Below are positions 26,357 to 35,033 of a stretch of DNA of 64,000 nucleotides, piece after piece. Location of the stretch: NCBI GenBank assembly GCA_001802125.1, contig MGZK01000130.1, positions 243 through 64,242 of the forward strand. The letters run 5' to 3'. Made by a program: the position numbers and the translations under genes. The notes under the pieces are model-generated. The model saw only the letters and a program-made list of their open reading frames with translations. It had not been told where the DNA came from and did not search any database. This DNA is from Geobacteraceae bacterium GWC2_55_20 (GTDB taxonomy: Bacteria > Desulfobacterota > Desulfuromonadia > Geobacterales > Pseudopelobacteraceae). The number at the start of each line of letters is the position of its first letter. Position 1 is the stretch's first letter.

Positions 26357-27016
26357 TTAACCGATTCTACCCAGAACAGTCTCTCCAGCCACGGCTTTAT
26401 CTCCGTTTTTAACCAATGGAACAACATCACTCGGCAGATACACATCCACGCGCGAACCGAAACGTATCAGACCATAGCGTTCGCCTCTTTTCAGAATGTC
26501 ACCAATCTGCGGATAGCAGATAATACGGCGCGCAATCAGGCCGGCGATCTGTACGAACGCGATTTTGACCCCATCGGCTGTTTCCAGAACAATACCGCTG
26601 CGTTCGTTCTCACAGGATGCCCGCCCGTCACGGGCGTCGAAAAACTTGCCGCGATTGTAGGAGACATCCAGAACTTTGCCGTCCAAAGGCACCCTGTTGA
26701 CATGCACGTTGAACACCGACATGAAGATGCTGATTTTAAGGGACTCGACTCCCAGAGGGGTTTCGGACACGCACTCGCAGACAATTACGGTTCCGTCCGC
26801 GGGAGCTACAATGTCTTTAGGATCGGCGGAAGGGGTTCTTTCCGGGTTGCGAAAAAAGTACAAAACGAAAAGCATCAGCAGGAAAGATATGGCGGCGGGA
26901 ACAGCCAGTACCAGTGACGCCAGTTTCCATGACGAAAACACGAGTATGAAAGACAATCCGACCGAGAAAAGAATGAAAGGGTAGCCTTCCCTGGCAAAAG
27001 GTGATGAATTGTCCAT
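26357..27016 (-). CDS. psd: Phosphatidylserine decarboxylase proenzyme (short type)
   Basis: RFGSRVDVYLP contains the G-S self-cleavage site. The N-terminus has TM segments. Confidence 0.88.
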   Translation of the reverse strand: MDNSSPFAREGYPFILFSVGLSFILVFSSWKLASLVLAVPAAISFLLMLFVLYFFRNPERTPSADPKDIVAPADGTVIVCECVSETPLGVESLKISIFMSVFNVHVNRVPLDGKVLDVSYNRGKFFDARDGRASCENERSGIVLETADGVKIAFVQIAGLIARRIICYPQIGDILKRGERYGLIRFGSRVDVYLPSDVVPLVKNGDKAVAGETVLGRIG

Positions 27017-27131
27017 AAAGTTGCCTAGCCCCTATTACGAAATAATGACTGTTAAATAGCGGGATGCCATAAGCGCGGACACCCCTCTCCCGCAAGGGTA
27101 AAGGGGTGTCGTTAATCGCACTGGCTATGTG

Positions 27132-28166
<1,035 letters not shown>

Positions 28167-28182
28167 TTATCCGGCAAACCGG

Positions 28183-28258
28183 TCTGACGTTTAGTAAGTC
28201 AGAAATTATTTTTTGAAAATAATTTCGTTGACGCACTTATCCAGATAATCTGGATAAG
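28183..28258 (-). promoter_or_regulatory. Three consecutive inverted repeats in the ilvN-ilvC spacer (candidate operator or leader structures)
   Basis: The repeats are TCTGAC-N9-GTCAGA (28183-28203), GAAATTATTTT-TTG-AAAATAATTTC (28202-28226, perfect 11-bp arms) and CTTATCCAGAT-A-ATCTGGATAAG (28236-28258, perfect 11-bp arms). Confidence 0.4.
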
Positions 28259-28351
28259 AAAACGAACGAGACAGATACTACATTCGACCGCCGCTGTCAA
28301 CGTAAATAGCTGTTTAGACCGCGGTCATGGCCGCACACCGTACAAATGGAC

Positions 28352-28396
28352 GCCACAAGAAAAGCCGCCGGTTTAGTGGCGGCTTGTCATTTTTTC
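28352..28396. terminator. Bidirectional-looking rho-independent terminator after ilvN
   Basis: AAGCCGCC-N8-GGCGGCTT (28362-28385). It is followed by TTCTTGT on the minus strand and by GTCATTTTTTC on the plus strand. Confidence 0.65.
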
Positions 28397-28416
28397 ACGT
28401 TCCGGCAAAGAGCCGC

Positions 28417-28908
28417 CTAACCCTTCCACCCTTTTGCTCCACGGCCGATCGTGACCGAACCGGTACGGACCAGCTCCTTCAGCCCCAACGGACGCAAAAG
28501 ATCGAGGATCGCGTCAATCTTGAGCGGGTTGCCGGTGGCCTCGATCGTATATGACTTGGGGGTAACGTCAATAATCTTGGCGCGGAATATATCAACGATA
28601 CGCAGCACCTCGGCGCGGCTCTCGTCTTCGGCAGTAACCTTGATCAACGCCATTTCACGCTCGATGCCGCTGCCGTCGGTGAAGTCGATCACCTTGAGGA
28701 CATCAATCAGCTTGTTGAGCTGTTTGTTGATCTGCTCCAGGATCTTGTCGTCACCACGGGTTACGATGGTCATCCGCGACAGACCTTCCTCGTTGGTGGG
28801 TGCCACCGAAAGCGAATCGATATTGAAACCGCGCCCGGAAAACAGGCTCGCCACCCGGGAAAGCACCCCAAATTCATTTTCAACCATAACTGATATTGTA
28901 TGTTGCAT
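28417..28908 (-). CDS. ilvN: Acetolactate synthase small (regulatory) subunit
   Basis: The ACT domain begins HTISVMVENEFGVLSRVASLFSGRGFNIDSL. It lies downstream of the large subunit. Confidence 0.93.
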   Translation of the reverse strand: MQHTISVMVENEFGVLSRVASLFSGRGFNIDSLSVAPTNEEGLSRMTIVTRGDDKILEQINKQLNKLIDVLKVIDFTDGSGIEREMALIKVTAEDESRAEVLRIVDIFRAKIIDVTPKSYTIEATGNPLKIDAILDLLRPLGLKELVRTGSVTIGRGAKGWKG

Positions 28909-28921
28909 GGCAGTATTCTCC

Positions 28922-30622
28922 TTACGCGTTCAGTACCATTTCATTTAATGACGCTCCGGCCGGAACCATCGGAAGAACCTTCTCTTCGCGGGCAATCTTG
29001 AACTCCATGATCACCGGCCCTTTTTCCGCGAATCCCTGCTTGATGACCTTTTCAACCTCGTCCGGCTTGGTGGCGAGAAAGCCTTTCGCGCCGTAGGCGT
29101 CGGCCAGTTTGATGTAGTCGATCGGCAATTCCATGCAGGTTTGGGAATAGCGCTTGTCGAAGAACAGCTCCTGCCACTGGCGAACCATGCCAAGGAAGTT
29201 ATTGTTCAGGATTACGATTTTTACCGGCAGTCTGTTCTGCACCAGCGTCGCCATCTCCTGGATGTTCATCTGCACCCCGCCATCGCCACAGATCGTAATC
29301 ACCTGGCGTCCCGGAAATGCTGCCTGGGCCCCCATCGCGGCCGGCAGGCCGTACCCCATCGTTCCGAGTCCGCCGGAAGTCAGCAGCGTGCGGGGGGAGT
29401 TGAACTTGAAAAACTGCGCCGTCCACATCTGGTGCTGTCCGACATCGGTGGAGATGATCGCATTTTCATCGCAAAGTTCACGCAGCTTTTGAATAACAAA
29501 CTGCGGCTTTATGGTTGTAGTGCTGCTTTTATAGCTGATCGGATGTTTGTCCTTCCAGGCAGAGATTTCCTGATGCCATGGCTCCATGGCGGCTACAAAT
29601 TCGGCCGTCTTGTCCATCATCTTTTCGGTAAACTTGATCATCTGCGCCAGAACATCCTTGACGTCGCCGACAATCGGAAGGTCAACCCGCACATTCTTCT
29701 TGATCGAGGTCGGATCGACATCAACATGGATGATTTTCGCATGGGGGGCAAAGGTGGCCAGCTTGCCGGTAACCCGGTCATCGAAACGTGACCCGACCGC
29801 GATGATCAGATCACTGTGGGTCATGGCCATATTGGCGCAGTAGGCGCCATGCATGCCGAGCATGCCCAGCGAGAGCGGGTCATCGCCGGGAAATGAGCCC
29901 AGTCCCATCAACGTGGTGGTAACCGGAACACCGAGTTTGCGCGCCAGGACCGTCAGTTGTTCGGAGGCGTCGCCGAGCACAACGCCACCACCGACATACA
30001 GCACCGGCCTGCGTGCTTCAAGAATCATCTTGCAGGCTTTTTCAACCTGTCGCGGGTGCCCTTCCACGGTCGGCTTGTAACTGCGGATTTCGACCGAATC
30101 GGGATATGAGAACTCACCCATGGCAACCTGGATGTCCTTGGGAAAGTCAACCAGAACCGGCCCGGGACGTCCGGTGCGGGCGATGTAGAAGGCTTTCTTC
30201 ATGATCGTTGCGATATCCTTGACATCCCTGATCAGAAAGCTGTGCTTGGTGCAGGGACGGGTAATACCGATGATGTCAACCTCCTGGAAGGCATCGTTGC
30301 CGATCAGCGCGGTCGGCACCTGCCCGGTGACAATCACCATCGGTATCGAATCCATGTAGGCCGTAGCAATTGCGGTCACGGTATTGGTCGCGCCCGGACC
30401 GGATGTGGCGATCGCCACGCCGACCTTGCCGGTTGCGCGGGCGTAACCGTCGGCGGCATGCGTGCCGGCCTGCTCGTGGCGCGGCAGAATGTGACGGATT
30501 TCCTTGAAGCTGAAGAGTTCGTCGTAGATATTAATCACGGTACCGCCGGGATAGCCGAAGACGGTGTCAACGCCCTCCTTTTTCAGACATTCCAGCATTA
30601 TTCGTGCGCCGTTCATTTTCAT
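28922..30622 (-). CDS. ilvB: Acetolactate synthase large subunit (biosynthetic type, ThDP-dependent)
   Basis: Motifs are GYPGG, ATSGPGATN and the ThDP motif GDGGVQMNIQE...NN. Confidence 0.95.
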   Translation of the reverse strand: MKMNGARIMLECLKKEGVDTVFGYPGGTVINIYDELFSFKEIRHILPRHEQAGTHAADGYARATGKVGVAIATSGPGATNTVTAIATAYMDSIPMVIVTGQVPTALIGNDAFQEVDIIGITRPCTKHSFLIRDVKDIATIMKKAFYIARTGRPGPVLVDFPKDIQVAMGEFSYPDSVEIRSYKPTVEGHPRQVEKACKMILEARRPVLYVGGGVVLGDASEQLTVLARKLGVPVTTTLMGLGSFPGDDPLSLGMLGMHGAYCANMAMTHSDLIIAVGSRFDDRVTGKLATFAPHAKIIHVDVDPTSIKKNVRVDLPIVGDVKDVLAQMIKFTEKMMDKTAEFVAAMEPWHQEISAWKDKHPISYKSSTTTIKPQFVIQKLRELCDENAIISTDVGQHQMWTAQFFKFNSPRTLLTSGGLGTMGYGLPAAMGAQAAFPGRQVITICGDGGVQMNIQEMATLVQNRLPVKIVILNNNFLGMVRQWQELFFDKRYSQTCMELPIDYIKLADAYGAKGFLATKPDEVEKVIKQGFAEKGPVIMEFKIAREEKVLPMVPAGASLNEMVLNA

Positions 30623-30678
30623 GTAATTACCTCATTTAATTTATTTCGTGTGTAGTGAGCTGAACCGGGCAAACCGGT

Positions 30679-32337
30679 TCAGGCGGTTGTCACCGCTCCG
30701 GTGTGGGCCGAGGTGACAGCCTTGGCATAGCGGGCCAACCAGCCGGTCTTTATCTTCGGCTCCGGCGCCTTCCATTTTGCGAGACGTCCCGCCAGGGTGG
30801 CTTCGTCCACAAGCAGTTCTAGTTTGCGGGCAGGAATATCCAGTAGAATCCGGTCCCCCTCTTCCACCAGCGCGATCGGCCCTCCTTCGGCGGCCTCCGG
30901 CGAGATGTGGCCTATACAGGGGCCGCGGGTGCCCCCAGAGAAACGTCCATCGGTAATCAGCGCGACCGAGTCGCCCAGCCCCATGCCCATGATCGCGGCC
31001 GTAGGCGCCAGCATTTCGCGCATGCCCGGCCCCCCCTTGGGCCCTTCGTAGCGGATCACGACCACGTCGCCGGAGGTAATCCTGCCCTCCATGATGGCGG
31101 CCATGGCCAGTTCCTCGGCGTCAAAACAGCGGGCGGTGCCCTCAAACTGCATCATTGCCGCCGACACGCCGGACTGCTTGACGACAGCCCCTTTGGGAGC
31201 GATGTTGCCGGTAAGGATAGCAATGCCACCTTCCTTCTTCACCGGGTTCCCAAGCGGGCGGATGACCTCCTCGTCAACATTCTGAATGCTCTCGGCCAAC
31301 TGATGCGTGGTAAGGCCGAATAGCGTCTGCGTATCTTTTATCTTGTCTCCCAGCTGCTTGAACACACCGGCCACTCCGCCGGCAATGTCCAGGTCTTCCA
31401 TGAAATGCTCGCCGGCCGGGTTCATCGAAGCCAGCTGTGGCGTATCCTTGGCCAGTTCATCAAATAATTCCAGGGGCAGGTCCACTCCGGCCTCCCTGGC
31501 GATAGCCAGCAGGTGCAGCACCGTGTTTGATGACCCTCCCAAGGCCAGATCGACGCGGATGGCGTTCTCGAAGGCTTCACGGGTCATGATGCTGCGCGGA
31601 GTGATGTTGTTCTGAACCAGCTCGACGATCTTTTCACCGGAAGCAAAAGCTATGCGCCTTTTGAGAGCAGAGACAGCCAGAGCGGTGCCGCAGCGCGGCA
31701 GACTCATCCCCATCGTCTCGGTCAGTATCGCCATGGTGTTGGCGGTGAAGAGCCCCTGACAGGAACCCATGCCGGGACAGGCGTTATCCTCACAAACCTG
31801 CAGCTCCTTGTCACTTATCACTCCGGCCTTGTAACGGGCCATCGCCTCGAATGTATCGGATACGAACGAAAACTGGCGGCCGGACTGGCCGCGACCACTC
31901 ATCATCGGGCCGGCGGTAACGACGATGCAGGGAATATCCAGCCGAGCGGCGGCCATCAGCATGCCGGGGGTGATCTTGTCGCAGTTGGTCAGCAGCACCA
32001 GGCCGTCCAGCCGGTGCGCCTCGGCCACCGACTCGACCATATCGGCGATCAGCTCGCGGGTCGGCAGAGAATAGTGCATCCCCTTATGCCCCATGGCCAT
32101 GCCGTCACAGACGCCGGGAATGCCGAAGAAAAAGGAGTGGCCTCCGCCGGTATGAACGCCCTTTTCGATGAAGCGCTCAAGATCGCGCATGCCCACATGG
32201 CCGGGGATAAGATCGGTAAAGCTGGTCGCAACCCCGATGAACGGCTTGTCCATCTGGCTCTGCGGTACGCCGGTTCCCTTCAGCAGAGCGCGATGCGGCG
32301 TCCTCTCAAGTCCTTTTGTAATTGTGTCGCTGCGCAT
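30679..32337 (-). CDS. ilvD: Dihydroxy-acid dehydratase
   Basis: Motifs are the CDK-type [19 protein letters not shown] (Fe-S ligand region), [12 protein letters not shown] and GHISPEA. Confidence 0.95.
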   Translation of the reverse strand: MRSDTITKGLERTPHRALLKGTGVPQSQMDKPFIGVATSFTDLIPGHVGMRDLERFIEKGVHTGGGHSFFFGIPGVCDGMAMGHKGMHYSLPTRELIADMVESVAEAHRLDGLVLLTNCDKITPGMLMAAARLDIPCIVVTAGPMMSGRGQSGRQFSFVSDTFEAMARYKAGVISDKELQVCEDNACPGMGSCQGLFTANTMAILTETMGMSLPRCGTALAVSALKRRIAFASGEKIVELVQNNITPRSIMTREAFENAIRVDLALGGSSNTVLHLLAIAREAGVDLPLELFDELAKDTPQLASMNPAGEHFMEDLDIAGGVAGVFKQLGDKIKDTQTLFGLTTHQLAESIQNVDEEVIRPLGNPVKKEGGIAILTGNIAPKGAVVKQSGVSAAMMQFEGTARCFDAEELAMAAIMEGRITSGDVVVIRYEGPKGGPGMREMLAPTAAIMGMGLGDSVALITDGRFSGGTRGPCIGHISPEAAEGGPIALVEEGDRILLDIPARKLELLVDEATLAGRLAKWKAPEPKIKTGWLARYAKAVTSAHTGAVTTA

Positions 32338-32458
32338 ACGGTTATCATCCTTGTCGATGGATTGAATGTTTCATCCCGTCAAACAGCCGATTGATGCGGC
32401 TTAGCGGGTTTGGAACAATAATATATAAGTTGGAATATGTCAATTGGAATACAAGAGC

Positions 32459-33238
32459 TTACTCACCCTTGAAGTTCGGCATCCGTTTTTCATAAAAGGC
32501 GCTTTTACCCTCAAGGTAATCGGCGCTGTCGTAGGCCTTGCGGCGCAGCCCCTGTATGCGTTCGAATGTCTCGGGACTCAGCGGGTGCGAATTTCCCAAC
32601 AGGCGGAGTTGCTCCTTGATCACCGAAATCGCCAGCGGGGAATTCTCGGTGATCTGACGGGCCATGGCATAACAGAAAGTATCCAACTGATCGGACGGGA
32701 CCAGGTGGTTGAGAATTCCGACCTGCAAGGCCCTTTCGGCATTGATCGGCTTGGCGGTAAAAAACATCTCGCGGGCCAATCGCGGACCGACCACATTAAT
32801 GAAATGCAGTATTCCGGTAGAGTTGTACGGAACCCCGATCTTGGCCGGTGTGATGGCAAATGAAGCGCTGGGACAGCCGATTGCGATGTCGCAGATGCAG
32901 GCTAGGTCGCATGCGCCTCCCCAGACGCTGCCTTCGATCATCGCCAGCACCGGTGCCGGAAACAGCTGGATCGCACGCAGAGCCTGCTCCAGTGGATCAT
33001 TGTAGGAGAGCGGATCCCGCCCCGGAACCGGCAGCTCCTTGATATCAAAGCCCGACGACCAGACCTTGACACCGGGCTTGGCGCGAATGATAACAGCACG
33101 CGCCTTGTGACGTTCAAAAAGATGGAACGCCTCGATCAGCTCGTTCAGCAGATCGTTTGAAAGGCTGTTGCGGGTCTCGTCATGATTGAAGGTGATGGTG
33201 CCGATTAGGTCGTTGTAAGATGTAATTATCAGTGACAT
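32459..33238 (-). CDS. scpB: Crotonase-fold enzyme closely resembling methylmalonyl-CoA decarboxylase (ScpB/YgfG)
   Basis: GRDPLSYNDPL, EGSVWGGA, VGILNHLV, PLAISVIKEQLRLLG and FERIQGLRRKAYDSADYLEG are nearly colinear with my recollection of E. coli YgfG. The start MSLIITSY at 33238 gives 259 aa (YgfG is about 261 aa). The track start at 33400 adds a non-homologous 54 aa. Confidence 0.75.
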   Translation of the reverse strand: MSLIITSYNDLIGTITFNHDETRNSLSNDLLNELIEAFHLFERHKARAVIIRAKPGVKVWSSGFDIKELPVPGRDPLSYNDPLEQALRAIQLFPAPVLAMIEGSVWGGACDLACICDIAIGCPSASFAITPAKIGVPYNSTGILHFINVVGPRLAREMFFTAKPINAERALQVGILNHLVPSDQLDTFCYAMARQITENSPLAISVIKEQLRLLGNSHPLSPETFERIQGLRRKAYDSADYLEGKSAFYEKRMPNFKGE

Positions 33239-33422
33239 GTTCCGATTCTCCCCTGTGTCGGTTAAGTATCCACCGGAGTTATACGCCTGTGGGAACACTA
33301 ATACAAGTTCCTGATCGCATGAGGTTTTCAGCAGACAATCGGCTTCAATTGCATGGCCGGCAATCTCTGTGCATTCACCTGGGATTTTTTTATCGCACAT
33401 TAAAGAGTTTTCAGTTATTTGG

Positions 33423-33442
33423 TATAATTAGAAGTGTATACA
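33423..33442 (+). promoter_or_regulatory. Possible -10 element (TATAAT) followed by the TGTATACA palindrome, upstream of the SRAP gene
   Basis: TATAAT lies at 33423-33428 and the palindrome TGTATACA at 33435-33442, about 95 nt upstream of the ATG. No convincing -35 and no recognised LexA box. Confidence 0.25.
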
Positions 33443-33533
33443 ACAGCAGGAAGTTCCACTAAAACCCTGGAACGGCCTTTTGGCAAGATTGTTTTGAGTT
33501 GAATTCGAATCTAATCCGGCAAGGGGTATTAAT

Positions 33534-34208
33534 ATGTGCGGACGCTTCACTTCATTGCTTTTGCCAGAACTTCTGTCAGCGACATTCGGTGTAGCTGTGC
33601 CGCAATCATGCAAGCCACGCTACAACATCGCTCCCACTCATCAGATTCCGATCATCAGAGAAGATAAGGACGGGGTACGACGGCTGTCGTTTGTCCGTTG
33701 GGGCCAGGCGCCATCCTGGGCCAATGATCTTGGCATCGGCACGAACCTGATCAATACGGCCGCGGAAACATTGACCGGTGAATCCGACTGGAACTGCCTG
33801 TCGGACAATTGCCGGTGCATAATACCGGCCAACGGGTTCTACATCTGGCAAAACGACGGTGACAAAAAACAGCCTTGGTACGTTACCCGCAAGGACGGCG
33901 CTCACATGGCCTTTGCCGGTCTGCTAAATCGCTGGAAAACACCGGGGGGAAAAGAAATAGATACATGCACCATCATCACAATGGCCGCCAATGGACTGAT
34001 TCGACCGATTCATGACCGCATGCCGGCAACCATTGCCGCGGAAGACTTCTCGCTCTGGCTTTCAGCTACCAGGTTTTCAGCAACAAAATACCGCGCCGTT
34101 TTGAAGACCGAGCCATCCGATACCCTGGATATCTACTCAGTCGGTTCACAGGTCAATCAGCCGGCCTTTGACACCAGCGCATGTATCAGAGACTTCAGAA
34201 CCCATTGA
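33534..34208 (+). CDS. SOS response-associated peptidase (SRAP/YedK family, abasic-site processing)
   Basis: It starts MCGRF (catalytic Cys2). It also has RYNIAPT, W.A.. and RMP motifs (HDRMPATI). Confidence 0.9.
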   Translation: MCGRFTSLLLPELLSATFGVAVPQSCKPRYNIAPTHQIPIIREDKDGVRRLSFVRWGQAPSWANDLGIGTNLINTAAETLTGESDWNCLSDNCRCIIPANGFYIWQNDGDKKQPWYVTRKDGAHMAFAGLLNRWKTPGGKEIDTCTIITMAANGLIRPIHDRMPATIAAEDFSLWLSATRFSATKYRAVLKTEPSDTLDIYSVGSQVNQPAFDTSACIRDFRTH

Positions 34209-34217
34209 AGACTGAAT

Positions 34218-34706
34218 TCAGTCTTCAATCGGATCAGTATTCCTTAGCCGTATGGTCAGCCCCTTCAGAAAATTCCTCAGGAACTGATCACCGCACTCCT
34301 TGTAATTCTTGTGCCCCTTGTTCCTGAACAGCGCACTCAATTCCGATTTTGAAATAACGATGTCAGCCAGTTTCATAACGGCGATCATATCTTCTTCCTT
34401 GAAATCAAGGGCGATTCGCAGTTTCTTCAAAATGGTATTGTTTGTCAGGTTTGTATCGGGTTTTGCCACCTGACCGCCAGCCGGTTCGCGGCGCCCCCTG
34501 TTTTTGGTTATCAAACCATCCAGAAAGAACGTCATCAGAGGATTACTGCACTCGATATAGTCATCCTCATCTTCCTTCTTTAGAAACTTGAGCAGGGTGG
34601 GCTGCTCGATGCTGCAGCCGGAAAGCTTGAATATCTCAACCATGGCCGGATTGCTGATATCCAGCGCATAGCGCAACCTGCGTAATATATCGTTGTTTGT
34701 CATCAT
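34218..34706 (-). CDS. DUF1456 (YehS-like) protein, two tandem repeats
   Basis: NDILRRLRYALDISNPAMVEIFKLSG recurs internally as NTILKKLRIALDFKEEDMIAVMKLAD. This is the duplicated architecture I recall for DUF1456/YehS. Confidence 0.75.
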   Translation of the reverse strand: MMTNNDILRRLRYALDISNPAMVEIFKLSGCSIEQPTLLKFLKKEDEDDYIECSNPLMTFFLDGLITKNRGRREPAGGQVAKPDTNLTNNTILKKLRIALDFKEEDMIAVMKLADIVISKSELSALFRNKGHKNYKECGDQFLRNFLKGLTIRLRNTDPIED

Positions 34707-34971
34707 TTGGCTCCTGTATGGCTGTTTTGCATTAACGAGACACTTTTAAACTATAAACGTCAAATTATATACCGATATTTTTATATTAAATAGCCTTTAA
34801 TTATGCATTTGACAGTGTTATATTGAACTCAGTTGGAGAAGAGAATAACTGTTAAAAGGGGGGCGATGCTATCGAAGAAACTCCACCGGGCAGTACATTC
34901 AAGCAGGACGCATTATCGCTCCGGAGGCAAGTGGAGCCGGAATAATCCTTGAAAAGGTAACACGGAAATAT

Positions 34972-35007
34972 CAAAAAAAGAAGCCCGCCTAAACAATTGG
35001 CGGGCTT
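34972..35007 (-). terminator. Rho-independent terminator after the topoisomerase gene
   Basis: The minus strand reads AAGCCCGCC-AATTGTTTA-GGCGGGCTT followed by CTTTTTTTG. Confidence 0.75.
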
Positions 35008-35033
35008 TTCAATTGTCTGCCATTCGAGACATT

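Noticed and set aside
25558-26412. 284-aa plus-strand ORF
   Set aside because: It is antisense to pssA, which carries the CDP-alcohol phosphatidyltransferase motif. The product is Gln/His/Arg-rich low complexity.
34855-34945. Possible c-di-GMP-I (GEMM) or fluoride (crcB) riboswitch, suggested by GGACGCATTATCGCTCCGG and GGGCGATG
   Set aside because: Comparison from memory with the Vc2 GEMM-I sequence and the fluoride aptamer showed only short word matches. The conserved cores are missing (GGCAAACC...GACGCAAAGCC for GEMM-I; GGCGAUGG...AAAC...CUGAUGA..CCUAC for fluoride). The neighbouring genes also do not fit. I keep it only as a generic structured-element candidate.
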